Below, in pieces: positions 8,630 to 18,026 of a stretch of 64,000 bases of DNA. The number at the start of each line of letters is the position of its first letter. The first letter of the stretch is position 1. The notes beneath the pieces are model-generated. The model was not told where the DNA came from. It saw only the letters and a list, made by a program, of their open reading frames with translations, and made no database searches. The DNA is from Ruminococcus flavefaciens (GTDB taxonomy: Bacteria > Bacillota > Clostridia > Oscillospirales > Ruminococcaceae). Where the stretch lies: assembly GCA_902766595.1 (NCBI GenBank), contig CACXEJ010000072.1:4709-68708 (forward strand). The letters are read 5' to 3'. A program made the position numbers and the translations under genes.

Positions 8630-9226
8630 ATGAAACGTATAGGAACTCTCACTGCAGCCCAGAGCAGAAGGGCTTTCACAATGCTGTTATTCGCATTCAC
8701 AGCGATAGGCGTCATAGCCGGATCAGTATACGGAGCAGCACATCCTGAAAACGGATCATTCTGGCTGCACCAGTATTTCGTACCGGCTCCGCTGAACAGT
8801 CCTATCCCGGCACTGATGAAGGTCACTTTTCTCAGTTCGGCACTCTTTATTGCTGCCGCTTATCTGACAGGACTATTTGCTTTTGGACAACCCTTCGGGT
8901 TCTGTCTGCTGATATACCGCGGCTTTGGTATGGGCTTCTCATCTGCTCTGACTTACACAAGCCTAGGTATACACGCACTGCCGCGGATAACGCTTCTGCT
9001 CCTGCCGAGAGCGCTCGCAGTCACAGTTTTATCCGTACTCGCAGTAAGAGAGCTTATGCGTTCTTCAGGAAATCTCCTGCGTTCACTTACAAGAGGGGAG
9101 ATAAGGGACGACAAGCGTTCCGACCTGAAGCATTACACTCTGAAATTTGCTGTACTGCTCCTGCTGTCGCTATTGATCTCTTTGGCGGACGGAGCGGTAT
9201 TTGCAGTTTTTGCCCGACTCAACTGA
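8630..9226 (+). CDS. spoIIM: Stage II sporulation protein M-like membrane protein
   Basis: About 5 TM helices with G.PF...LLIYRGFGMGFS and LLLP pattern; sigma-E-like element upstream. Confidence 0.55.
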   Translation: MKRIGTLTAAQSRRAFTMLLFAFTAIGVIAGSVYGAAHPENGSFWLHQYFVPAPLNSPIPALMKVTFLSSALFIAAAYLTGLFAFGQPFGFCLLIYRGFGMGFSSALTYTSLGIHALPRITLLLLPRALAVTVLSVLAVRELMRSSGNLLRSLTRGEIRDDKRSDLKHYTLKFAVLLLLSLLISLADGAVFAVFARLN

Positions 9227-9235
9227 ACTGGAGGA

Positions 9236-10180
9236 ATGTTAAAATTGGGTCTGTTTTTTAATGATTATGAAAGCGCAGGCTCGGGAATTTCAAAGAATGC
9301 CCCCAAGAAAAAGGGATTTCGATTGTTTCTGGATATTCTCGGCAGAAAGTTCTGGCAGCTTGCCGGACTAAATCTCCTGTACTTCCTATTTTTTACGCCT
9401 CTTCTGCTGACACTGACAGCGATAAGGTATATCCCTAACAATAATGCAGCGATCGCCGTAATAATCCTGCTGCTGCTTACATTTGCGGTTACTATCGGTC
9501 CGGCAACGGCTGGTATGACCAAGGTAATACGCTGCTACCTCATTGAAAAGCACACGTTCGTGACCCGTGACTTTTTCAAGGGATTCAGGGAAAACTTCAA
9601 AAAAGCAGCCGTAATAGGCTTCATAGACTGCGTTATCGCACTTTCAGCGTTCGCAGCCGTCAACGTCTATCCGGCACTTGCGGTACAGATGAACTCAAAT
9701 CTGATGTATGTGCCGCTCGTCATAACTTACAGCTTTGCGCTCGTGGTCCTGATGATGAACTACTACATCTACCTGATGCTCGTTGCCACGAACCTTTCAC
9801 TGAAAAATCTCATCAAAAACTCATTTGCACTCGCTTTCGTGTCGATGAAGAACAACCTCGTAACAACGCTTATGATCGGCGGAATACTTGCACTTCTCCT
9901 TCCAATAATGAGATTTGCTATGCCGCTGTTTATGACAATACTGCCGTTTTATCCGGCAGCCTTCATCTCATTTGTTATCTGCTTCAACAGCTACCCGGTA
10001 ATACAGAAATACGTCATCAATCCCTACTATGAGAGCATAGGAAAGATCAACCCCGAGCTCACTAACTTTGAGGACGACGACGATGACGAAACTGGTGAAG
10101 AAACTATTTGTGAGGATATGGGCGGCAAGGAAAAGCCCATTGAAAAGCGTAAAAAAGGAAAGGGAAGAAGAATCTCCTGA
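9236..10180 (+). CDS. YesL/DUF624-family membrane protein
   Basis: LNLLY, TIGPATAG, DFFKGFRENFKKA; multiple TM helices and an acidic tail. Confidence 0.7.
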   Translation: MLKLGLFFNDYESAGSGISKNAPKKKGFRLFLDILGRKFWQLAGLNLLYFLFFTPLLLTLTAIRYIPNNNAAIAVIILLLLTFAVTIGPATAGMTKVIRCYLIEKHTFVTRDFFKGFRENFKKAAVIGFIDCVIALSAFAAVNVYPALAVQMNSNLMYVPLVITYSFALVVLMMNYYIYLMLVATNLSLKNLIKNSFALAFVSMKNNLVTTLMIGGILALLLPIMRFAMPLFMTILPFYPAAFISFVICFNSYPVIQKYVINPYYESIGKINPELTNFEDDDDDETGEETICEDMGGKEKPIEKRKKGKGRRIS

Positions 10181-10187
10181 AATAATG

Positions 10188-10255
10188 AGCCGGTACACAA
10201 TGTACCGGCTTTCTTATACATAAAACAAGGCTGCACAGTTAAACTATGCAGCCTT
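10188..10255. terminator. Two hairpin terminators between convergent genes
   Basis: AGCCGGTACA-CAA-TGTACCGGCT (10188-10210) and AAGGCTGCA...TGCAGCCTT (10227-10255). Confidence 0.7.
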
Positions 10256-10265
10256 CCTTCATATT

Positions 10266-13121
10266 TTATTTGGAGTTTACAGGGAACTTTTTGATAAGTC
10301 CGAGCTTATACTGCTGAATAAGAAGTGCATCAGCATTTGAAAGTCCCTTCTTGCCGTCAACGTCAGCGTTCATCTCGCCGCGGGCTGTAATGCTTACCTT
10401 TGAATTGCCCTGAGCATACTTATCAGGGTTAGTAGAAACCTGCATTACAAGTACAGCATCAGCGATATTTACCTGAGCGTCGCAGTTAGCGTCGCCGTAG
10501 TTGTTATCGTCTGTGTTGATAGTTGTACCGGACTTGATAGTTGTAGGCTCACCATCAGGCTTTGTACCATCGGGCTCAACACCCCAGATGAGCTTATCGT
10601 CAGCGTAAATTGTGATCTTATCTGTGATAGCAGCAGCGTCGTTATCGTCCTCAAAGCTTACGAGGTCAGCGTAGCTGTAATCATTTGTCGAATCCCACTT
10701 TACCTTTTCGTAGGTCTTTTCGTCCATCTTGTATCCGAGTGCAAACTGGAATACACGGCTTCCGTAGAAGTCACAGTTCTTCCACTGGATCTCAACGTAG
10801 TAGTTACCCTTATCATCGTACTTAACAGGCTTTTCAGTGAATTTAGCCTCGTTCTTGCCGCTCGAGTAGCCCTTCTCCTGATCGTAGTCGATACGGGAGT
10901 AGATCTGATCAATGTCATATCCGGCTTTTTCGAGCTCGTTTACATTGAAGTAGTATCTTGCCTTGAGGTCGCTCTCAAATCTCGGAGGATCAATAGTTCT
11001 GTTGTAAACAACTACCTTGAGCTGTACACTGTCCTCCTGCTCCTGGTTCTTACCGCCGGCAGCGTAGAGACCAACAGGAAGCGGCTCACCTTCAGCATCT
11101 ATCTGATCGAAACCAGCCTTAGCGTTCTTGGACATATCAAAGTCAGGATTAATGTGATTATCCTTCTCGTACTCCTTGCCCTTAGCACCGTAGAAGTGGT
11201 AAAGTCCTGCAAGGTCGCCGCAGATACCAGCGTTGTAGTCGTCAGTAACTTCGTTATAGATGTAGTCCTTTGTAATGTCGTTGTGGAAATCCTTGAGGTC
11301 AGGTCCGCCTACGAGTGCGCCCCAGAGAGTGTGTACCTGAGCGATAGGATCTTCCATACTCTGCTTAGCCGAGCAGTGAGCTGCACGGTGGTGAGGCTGA
11401 GTAGCGTAGCTGTTGCCGTAACCAACGATATAGGAGTAACCCATAGGGTTGTTACCGAGGATATATTCCATCTGAGCCTTTGCCCACGGGAGGAATACAT
11501 CATCACCAGTGGTCTTAGCGTAAACACAAGCACAGAGACCAGCAGCAGTGTTATAACGAGCGGAACCATAGCCGGAAACAACTGCCCAGCCCTTGGGAGA
11601 CTTAGCAATGAAGTCACCGCTTGTTTCACTATCCGGGAGATCCGGGATCTGATCGCAGGTCATAGGAGTGTTCCAGAGGTAGTCGTCCATACCGAAGTAC
11701 TTGTGACCGTGAACCGGTTCATAGCCCCAATCTGAGCTGTCAACTGTCTTAGCGCAGCCTGACCAGAATTCGAGATTGTAGCGGAAGATGTACCAGTCAC
11801 GGGCTGTATTTGTGATAGGTGCGAGCTTAGCGAAAACACCGCCCCAAACTGTATCCCAGCAGTGAACCCAGATGTTCTGCCAGCAGTTACCAGTATCAGT
11901 GATGATACGCTTCATATAGCCGGTGTAGGGGTGAGCACCCTTATCATTTGTAGTAGTCTCATCAACGTCGATGATAGCCTTGATGTACTTATCGTAAGCA
12001 GCGTCCTTCTGAGTCTCGTCTTCGGCAACAGCTGCATAGTAGAGCCAAACAGCTGCCCATGAGAGCTCATCATAGTCGTAGCTTGAATGATAGAAGCCGC
12101 CGTCGTAACCGAGAACGAGTGAGCTCGGAGTTGTACCGGGCTTCCATTCCTCCTTATGAGTCTTTACAGCGAATTCATAGAGAGCTCTTGCGTACTTGAG
12201 GTTTTCAGCAGCGTACTCGGGATCAGTATCCTTGAAGTTGAGGTAGTTGATAGCGAGTGAAGCTGAAGCGCCGGCACACTGGTCAGGAGCAGGCATTTCC
12301 TCAGTAGCAAAGTAAGCAGGTCTCTTGACTGCACATGAAGATGAAGCAACAACAGTATCGTCTACCTGAAGCTCAGGAGCGCACCAGTAGTTATGGTCGT
12401 TGTTACCCTCGCCTACCTGATAACAATAAGCGATAGCGTTATCGTCGTCATCAAGGAAGGTCGCCTTCATATAGTAGTCGTTGATCCAGCGCATCTCGTC
12501 CTCAACGTGCTTCTGGAGTCCCATATCTATATAGTCCTGACGGAATTCATAGTAGCCCCAGCCAACTGTTGAAGCTGCAAAGCTGCCGGGGAGACCGAAC
12601 TTAACGTGGTCGCCGGCATCGTGCCAACCGCCAGTGAGATCGAGAGTACCGTTCCCGTCCGGATCAAGGAACTTACGGTTTTTCTCGATGAATTTCTCAG
12701 ACATATTAACGCCCTCATAAAGGCCCTTAGCAGCACTGAGTCCGCCGTCGCCGTCGCCTTCACCGATAGGCTGTTTGTCCTCTTTTTCATCCTGTTTCTG
12801 ACCGTTCGTAGAGCCGTCATTCGTGGACTCGCCGTAGAGCTCAGGCATCGGGTTCATAGGCTGGAGCGGGATCTCTCCGTCTTTTACATGGCAGTTTCCG
12901 CGCCATGAATAGTAGCCGTCATTTGCAACCTTGTCGCCGCACTTATTGGCGTCGTAGAAGCAGAGGGTAAGCTGGAGAGCTTCTGCAAAGTTGTCGTAGT
13001 TGTTCGGATTTTCTTTGTCGATCACTGCGGCATTAGCAGCAGGGAAGGACACACTTGAGAGGAGCATCGCAGCTGTTGAAACGCAGGCGATCGACTTTTT
13101 CAGTAAATCGAACTTTTTCAT
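10266..13121 (-). CDS. Cellulosomal GH9 endoglucanase + CBM3 + dockerin
   Basis: Signal peptide; GGWHDAGDHVKF, YILGNNP, QPHHR, GALVGGP, NEVTDDYNAG; CBM3 (ARYYF...WDSTNDYS); C-terminal dockerin GDANCD...DVDGKKGL. Confidence 0.92.
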   Translation of the reverse strand: MKKFDLLKKSIACVSTAAMLLSSVSFPAANAAVIDKENPNNYDNFAEALQLTLCFYDANKCGDKVANDGYYSWRGNCHVKDGEIPLQPMNPMPELYGESTNDGSTNGQKQDEKEDKQPIGEGDGDGGLSAAKGLYEGVNMSEKFIEKNRKFLDPDGNGTLDLTGGWHDAGDHVKFGLPGSFAASTVGWGYYEFRQDYIDMGLQKHVEDEMRWINDYYMKATFLDDDDNAIAYCYQVGEGNNDHNYWCAPELQVDDTVVASSSCAVKRPAYFATEEMPAPDQCAGASASLAINYLNFKDTDPEYAAENLKYARALYEFAVKTHKEEWKPGTTPSSLVLGYDGGFYHSSYDYDELSWAAVWLYYAAVAEDETQKDAAYDKYIKAIIDVDETTTNDKGAHPYTGYMKRIITDTGNCWQNIWVHCWDTVWGGVFAKLAPITNTARDWYIFRYNLEFWSGCAKTVDSSDWGYEPVHGHKYFGMDDYLWNTPMTCDQIPDLPDSETSGDFIAKSPKGWAVVSGYGSARYNTAAGLCACVYAKTTGDDVFLPWAKAQMEYILGNNPMGYSYIVGYGNSYATQPHHRAAHCSAKQSMEDPIAQVHTLWGALVGGPDLKDFHNDITKDYIYNEVTDDYNAGICGDLAGLYHFYGAKGKEYEKDNHINPDFDMSKNAKAGFDQIDAEGEPLPVGLYAAGGKNQEQEDSVQLKVVVYNRTIDPPRFESDLKARYYFNVNELEKAGYDIDQIYSRIDYDQEKGYSSGKNEAKFTEKPVKYDDKGNYYVEIQWKNCDFYGSRVFQFALGYKMDEKTYEKVKWDSTNDYSYADLVSFEDDNDAAAITDKITIYADDKLIWGVEPDGTKPDGEPTTIKSGTTINTDDNNYGDANCDAQVNIADAVLVMQVSTNPDKYAQGNSKVSITARGEMNADVDGKKGLSNADALLIQQYKLGLIKKFPVNSK

Positions 13122-13141
13122 TTAAACATTTCCTTTCTGAA

Positions 13142-13444
13142 TCATTTCAGCAGATTTTTTGCTTTGAGCCTGTCAAAAACTATATTATAGCCGTCATTAC
13201 CGTCTTTGAGGGAACGGTTGACTCTGCTGATAGTTGCTGTACTTGCACCGGTCTCTGTTACGATACTGTTGTACACTCTGTGCTCGTCGAGCAGCTTGGC
13301 AACGTGAAGCCGCTGAGCGAATGATTTCAGTTCTATACTTGTGCAGAGATCATCGAAGAACTTATAGCAGTCATCGACCGATTCAAGTGTAAGAATAGCT
13401 TCAAAAAGCAGATCCATACTTTCTGATCTTATCTTATCTATCAT
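13142..13444 (-). CDS. yerC: YerC/YecD TrpR-like transcriptional regulator
   Basis: LFEAILTL...CYKFFDDLCT..E...AQR...TGASTATISRVNRSL..G.DGY; start moved to ATG 13444 (GGAG RBS). Confidence 0.88.
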   Translation of the reverse strand: MIDKIRSESMDLLFEAILTLESVDDCYKFFDDLCTSIELKSFAQRLHVAKLLDEHRVYNSIVTETGASTATISRVNRSLKDGNDGYNIVFDRLKAKNLLK

Positions 13445-13529
13445 AGTTAAACTCCAATCTGCCGTCCGGCATAAGCATCGTTCTGTCGGGATAAAACCGG
13501 CAAAACGCCTGAATAATTTCACACTTTAC

Positions 13530-13675
13530 ATTTTAGCACATTATTACGCAAAAGTAAAGGGCTTTTGCATAAAAAATCGGCAATTTGCCAGCAAAATGTG
13601 GTATGAAATATGAATTATCCTTAAACGATTATACACCTTTGTGTATATCATACCACATTATTAACAGAATGTAAA
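13530..13675 (-). promoter_or_regulatory. Two tandem sigma-A-like promoters for yerC-GH9
   Basis: TTTACA-17-TATGAT (13675-13647) and TTTACT-17-TAAAAT (13558-13530), both with extended -10 TG. Confidence 0.55.
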
Positions 13676-13826
13676 GAAAATTTTGTAAAGTTCGCAAAAA
13701 ATAGCCATAACGAACAAAAGATAGCAATAAAGCGTGTGCATAATAGACAATCTATCACTTAACAATAAAGCAAAATAGGGCAACCAAATGCAAATCGCGT
13801 AAGGAAGCCCTGATAATTACATTATA

Positions 13827-14876
13827 TTACAAAGAAGCACTGAACAGCAGTTCATCTCTGTGAGGTGAAAACGATCTGAGTTTAGTACCTCCGGCAGCGA
13901 GAACTCTTCCCTTCATATCGCCAACAGGGGAGAACGTATAGCAGCCGTCTCTGCGGTGAGCTGCCCTGAAAACGGTCTCAGTGAGCTTGGAGTCAAAATT
14001 GAATGTGCAGATCTCATCGTTCCTGTGAAAAACGATGCCTTTTTCTGTCACTCTGATCTTAGCCGGGACGCCGTCTCCGAAAATATCAAAACTCATATCA
14101 TCGGTAATATAATTAGCCTTGACGGGTTCAAGCTCAAGGTCGCAGCAGAAACGGTACAGCAAAGCAGCGACTGTTCTTTCAGCAGTATGCAGCCTGTTGA
14201 TTATAGGCGGCACAGGATCACCCAAAAGCAGCGGTATTTCAGGAACTTCTGCTTCAACTATACTATTGAGAGGTTCTCCGAGCGAAGCTCTGTCATCGAA
14301 AATATGGAGAGCTTCTTCATTTATTTCCTGTACCGGGACAGCGTCCGGATACATCCATTTTGCGAGTGACTCATAGGACTGGTGGATATGGCGTTTCAGT
14401 GAAAAATAGGTCATACGGGTAGAGTGGGGGAGACAGCATATATCTGATACCATATGAACTGCTCTTGCAAGATGAGCAGTCGCCTGTTCAGTGAAGCCGG
14501 CTTTCCAGAGCGTAAGTGCCATTGTAAGGTCTTCCTCGAGCATAGTCCTTGCACTCCGCGAAAACTGCGCAATTCCGTTCTTGTAATAGCCGCCGGAGGT
14601 TTTCAGACGGAAGCCAAAGGAATTCGCACCGCAATAGTAATGCATTCCCATACCTTTTTCATAATCTCCGTCGCGGTCAGGCGCACAAGCCATATCTATC
14701 AGCACCTCAAAATGCTTGGTCAGCACTTGTTCTGCTTCCGGCATATATTTATAAAGCAGCGGCAATGCGCGGTCAATCAAAGTTTTATGTACTGACCTGT
14801 ACTCAGTAAGTCTTTTTTTCTCATATTCCGCACGCAGCCGCATCATATTCAGCGCCGCTCTTTTCCACTTTCCCAT
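13827..14876 (-). CDS. Zinc-dependent phospholipase C/P1-nuclease-fold protein
   Basis: Metal-ligand pattern H(KTL), PD, HYY, HMVSD....H, HQSYE; no signal peptide. Confidence 0.6.
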   Translation of the reverse strand: MGKWKRAALNMMRLRAEYEKKRLTEYRSVHKTLIDRALPLLYKYMPEAEQVLTKHFEVLIDMACAPDRDGDYEKGMGMHYYCGANSFGFRLKTSGGYYKNGIAQFSRSARTMLEEDLTMALTLWKAGFTEQATAHLARAVHMVSDICCLPHSTRMTYFSLKRHIHQSYESLAKWMYPDAVPVQEINEEALHIFDDRASLGEPLNSIVEAEVPEIPLLLGDPVPPIINRLHTAERTVAALLYRFCCDLELEPVKANYITDDMSFDIFGDGVPAKIRVTEKGIVFHRNDEICTFNFDSKLTETVFRAAHRRDGCYTFSPVGDMKGRVLAAGGTKLRSFSPHRDELLFSASL

Positions 14877-14899
14877 ATCATCACAGCTTTCAGGATATT

Positions 14900-16030
14900 T
14901 CAGTTAAGAGTCACGGGCAGACCGTTGATCTCAATAGTCGGATCGTCAATATCTATGAGCAGACACCTTCTGCCTTCAACAACACTCGTTCTGACCTTAT
15001 CAGCCGCAGAGGGCTTAATATTCACAGTAATTCCGGGAGAAGTCAGGACTGTCTTGCTCTCTACGATATTCGCAGCAGTTAGCGGTGCATTCCCGCAGAC
15101 CTTCTCAAATACCGGCTCAACCATTTTGACTCTTTCTTCAGGAAGTCCGACATCTGTAAGTATATCTCTCAGTGAAGTGTTATCGATAACCGCTTTATCC
15201 GTGTCGTCCTTGTTTTCCTCAACGACTTCCTGTATTTTTTCATTTACAGTTTTAATTAGCATATAATCAAGATCGTCACCGACAACGCTCTTCAGTATAT
15301 TCTGAAAGCTCGCCTTTTCGTTTTCAGCAGACATAACGAACGTACAGCCGAGAACATCTTCAACAAAGGATATATTTGGCTTATTTGCTGACTTTGTGTA
15401 GTGCATAACGTGGTTTATATCGGTACTCCTGTTGCTGAAAACAGGGTAAAGAAAACCGTCAGAAGGTGCCTTGCTGATAATGAGTTCAGTGTTCATTTTC
15501 TTTGTTATCTCATTATTGAAGGAGTCAAAAACAAAACCGTCATTTCCGGTATTAACAGGACATATAGCTGTAATTATATACTTATAAAGCTCGTCTTCGC
15601 CGTCAGCAAACTCGTCGTTTTTGTCCTTTTTGCGTATCGTGTAGCAGCAAAATGCAGTTATGACCGCATAAGGTCCTTCATACACAAAACTGTTTGCAAT
15701 GTGATTAAGGAAGTCCTCACAGACTACTTCATCCTTTAACTCAGATTTAAGGAGAGTATACAAAATGTTCTGGGGTTTGCCTTCTTCGTACGCTTCGTTC
15801 GGAAACTCATACTCGACAAATGATTTGCCAACGTTCGTATTGAGGACTTTTTTCAGAGTCTCATCATAGACATCGTGCTCTTCAACAGGCATCGTAAGGC
15901 AGGAATTTATGTTATGATAACGGAGGTTCTTTTCAGCGTCCACAAAAGCAGTAAGAATACGCTCCATTATGAAAAATCCGCTCTTGTCCGAAAAATTCTT
16001 TTTGATCTCAGCCGTCTCTTTCTTATTCAT
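14900..16030 (-). CDS. DUF4317 family protein
   Basis: MNKKETAEIKKNF start, AICPV, GFLYPVFSNRSTDIN and EINGL end typical of the family. Confidence 0.8.
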   Translation of the reverse strand: MNKKETAEIKKNFSDKSGFFIMERILTAFVDAEKNLRYHNINSCLTMPVEEHDVYDETLKKVLNTNVGKSFVEYEFPNEAYEEGKPQNILYTLLKSELKDEVVCEDFLNHIANSFVYEGPYAVITAFCCYTIRKKDKNDEFADGEDELYKYIITAICPVNTGNDGFVFDSFNNEITKKMNTELIISKAPSDGFLYPVFSNRSTDINHVMHYTKSANKPNISFVEDVLGCTFVMSAENEKASFQNILKSVVGDDLDYMLIKTVNEKIQEVVEENKDDTDKAVIDNTSLRDILTDVGLPEERVKMVEPVFEKVCGNAPLTAANIVESKTVLTSPGITVNIKPSAADKVRTSVVEGRRCLLIDIDDPTIEINGLPVTLN

Positions 16031-16251
16031 ATTTGCAGTCCTTTCAATTCACATTATAATATATTTATTATAGCGCAATTCGTTGTTATTTTCAAGAGCT
16101 CATTAGAAAAATATCTTCAGTTGCTTATAAAGAAGCGTTTTTGCTTGAAACTGATTATCACTTATGATATAATATGTGTAGAGAAAAATATGATAAAGTT
16201 GCACCAAACTTCCATTTGGTGCAACTATTGATATAGAAACAGAGGTTCCCT

Positions 16252-16713
16252 ATGAAACGCATTATCACAATAGATCTTAAAGATTACGATAAAACTATGA
16301 ATCGCTTTCAACGCCCATCGGTCAGAGGTGTTATAATCAGGAACGGCAAAATCGCTATGGTGTACAGTCAGAAATATGATTATTACAAGTTCCCCGGCGG
16401 CGGCATCGAAAACAACGAGTCCCACACCGAAACTCTTGTCCGTGAAGTCTCCGAAGAAACCGGTCTGACTGTTATTCCTGACTCTGTTAAACCTCTGGGC
16501 TCAGTGCTTCGTATTCAGAAAAGCCTGGCCGCTGATAACGAAATATTTGAACAGGAAAACTTTTATTATACTTGCAATGTGTTGAATTCTGTCGAACCTC
16601 AGTCTCTCGATGCATACGAACTTGATGAAGGCTTCAGGCTTGAGTATGTCGAACCTCTCCATGCTATCAATGTTAACCGTACACACGATCACAGCGGCTA
16701 CGTGCACAGCTGA
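16252..16713 (+). CDS. NUDIX hydrolase with probable C-terminal frameshift (natural end about 16766)
   Basis: Nudix box GGGIENNESHTETLVREVSEETG; alternative frame QLIEREALVLEYIISEALL* ends overlapping the next ATG. Confidence 0.8.
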   Translation: MKRIITIDLKDYDKTMNRFQRPSVRGVIIRNGKIAMVYSQKYDYYKFPGGGIENNESHTETLVREVSEETGLTVIPDSVKPLGSVLRIQKSLAADNEIFEQENFYYTCNVLNSVEPQSLDAYELDEGFRLEYVEPLHAINVNRTHDHSGYVHS

Positions 16714-16762
16714 TCGAGCGCGAAGCACTTGTACTTGAATACATTATAAGTGAGGCACTTTT

Positions 16763-17746
16763 ATGAAAAACTACAACAACAGTGAAAACCCTGAATTCCT
16801 GAATGACTACCTTGTACATATAAAAATAGTTCAGCTGCTGTCCGAGCGTACTATTCAGGAATACTACCTTGATGTGAGATTATTTCTTAAATACGTTTAC
16901 GAAAGCACACATAATACCGGTGCTGATATCGAAGATGTTTCGATAAAGGATATGCAGGCGTCTGAGCTCAGAAAGATCACGGTCTCAGACATTTACAGCT
17001 TCATTTTCTATGCCTCTGACGAACGTAAAAACGCAGATAAAGCCCGTTACAGAAAGGTATCGTCACTGCGCAGCTTTTTCAAGTATCTTGAGAAGGTCGC
17101 GCACCTCATCGACAGCGATCCTACAAAGGATCTTGATGTCCCGGTACCAAAACGTGCTCTCCCGAAATTTCTTTCACTCAAAGAAAGCCTGCGGCTTCTT
17201 GAAGCCTCTGGTTCGTCGGACTCAAAGCGCGACTACTGTATAATAACACTTTTCCTTAACTGCGGTATGCGTCTCAGTGAGCTTGTCGGCATAAACATCA
17301 CAGATATTGACTTCTATGAAAACCGATTAAAAGTCCTCGGTAAAGGCAACAAGGAACGTATGGTGTACCTTAACAATGCCTGCGTTACTGCGCTGAACAG
17401 CTACCTTGAAGTACGCCGTGCAAATCCGAAAGCTGCTGCCGAGCCTGCGCTCTTTATAAGCAATCAGAATAAGCGTATATCCAAACGCCGCGTCCAGCAG
17501 ATTGTGGAAAATACTCTTCAGCAAGCAGGTCTCGACGGTAAAGGCATAACAACTCATAAGCTCCGCCACACCGCTGCTACACTTATGTATCAGTACGGCG
17601 ACGCTGACGTGCTGACACTGAAAGAGCTCCTCGGTCACGCAAGCGTTTCTACTACTGAAATATACACTCATCTGAACGATGATAACGTCCGTAATGCAGT
17701 TGAAAGCAATCCCCTCGCAAATGTTGACAAGAGCAAAAAAGACTGA
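16763..17746 (+). CDS. xerC: XerC/XerD-family tyrosine recombinase
   Basis: Catalytic set GMRLSE, GKGNKER, HKLRH, LGH, TEIY; no flanking mobile-element genes. Confidence 0.8.
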   Translation: MKNYNNSENPEFLNDYLVHIKIVQLLSERTIQEYYLDVRLFLKYVYESTHNTGADIEDVSIKDMQASELRKITVSDIYSFIFYASDERKNADKARYRKVSSLRSFFKYLEKVAHLIDSDPTKDLDVPVPKRALPKFLSLKESLRLLEASGSSDSKRDYCIITLFLNCGMRLSELVGINITDIDFYENRLKVLGKGNKERMVYLNNACVTALNSYLEVRRANPKAAAEPALFISNQNKRISKRRVQQIVENTLQQAGLDGKGITTHKLRHTAATLMYQYGDADVLTLKELLGHASVSTTEIYTHLNDDNVRNAVESNPLANVDKSKKD

Positions 17747-17778
17747 ATAATTTGGTGCAGTTTTTCTTCAAAAAATAT

Positions 17779-17811
17779 AAGCCTGAGAGCAATTGTGTTC
17801 TCAGGCTTTTT
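17779..17811. terminator. Terminator between convergent genes
   Basis: AAGCCTGAGA...TCTCAGGCTT followed by TTT. Confidence 0.7.
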
Positions 17812-17813
17812 CG

Positions 17814-18011
17814 TTATATAATTTTGTACTTTAATATGAGCAAAGCAGCTCCGACTGCAAATGCCAGCATAGCATTGCCACACTTCTTCGTCTGTGCGAT
17901 CGCATCAGGATCATCACGTCTGTCCTCTTTTATCAAAGTCTGAGGAGAGACTTTCATAATAATTCCCAGTATAAGTAATCCTATAAAAGCTATAATTCCT
18001 ATATTATCCAT
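17814..18011 (-). CDS. Small two-TM hypothetical protein
   Basis: 65 aa, two hydrophobic helices, AGGGG RBS, directly follows pyrB. Confidence 0.65.
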   Translation of the reverse strand: MDNIGIIAFIGLLILGIIMKVSPQTLIKEDRRDDPDAIAQTKKCGNAMLAFAVGAALLILKYKII

Positions 18012-18026
18012 AATATCCCCTAAACG

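Noticed and set aside
16763-17746. Integrase of a mobile element
   Set aside because: Chromosomal XerC-like sequence among housekeeping genes; no att duplication, excisionase or cargo. A link to the tRNA repeats is unsupported
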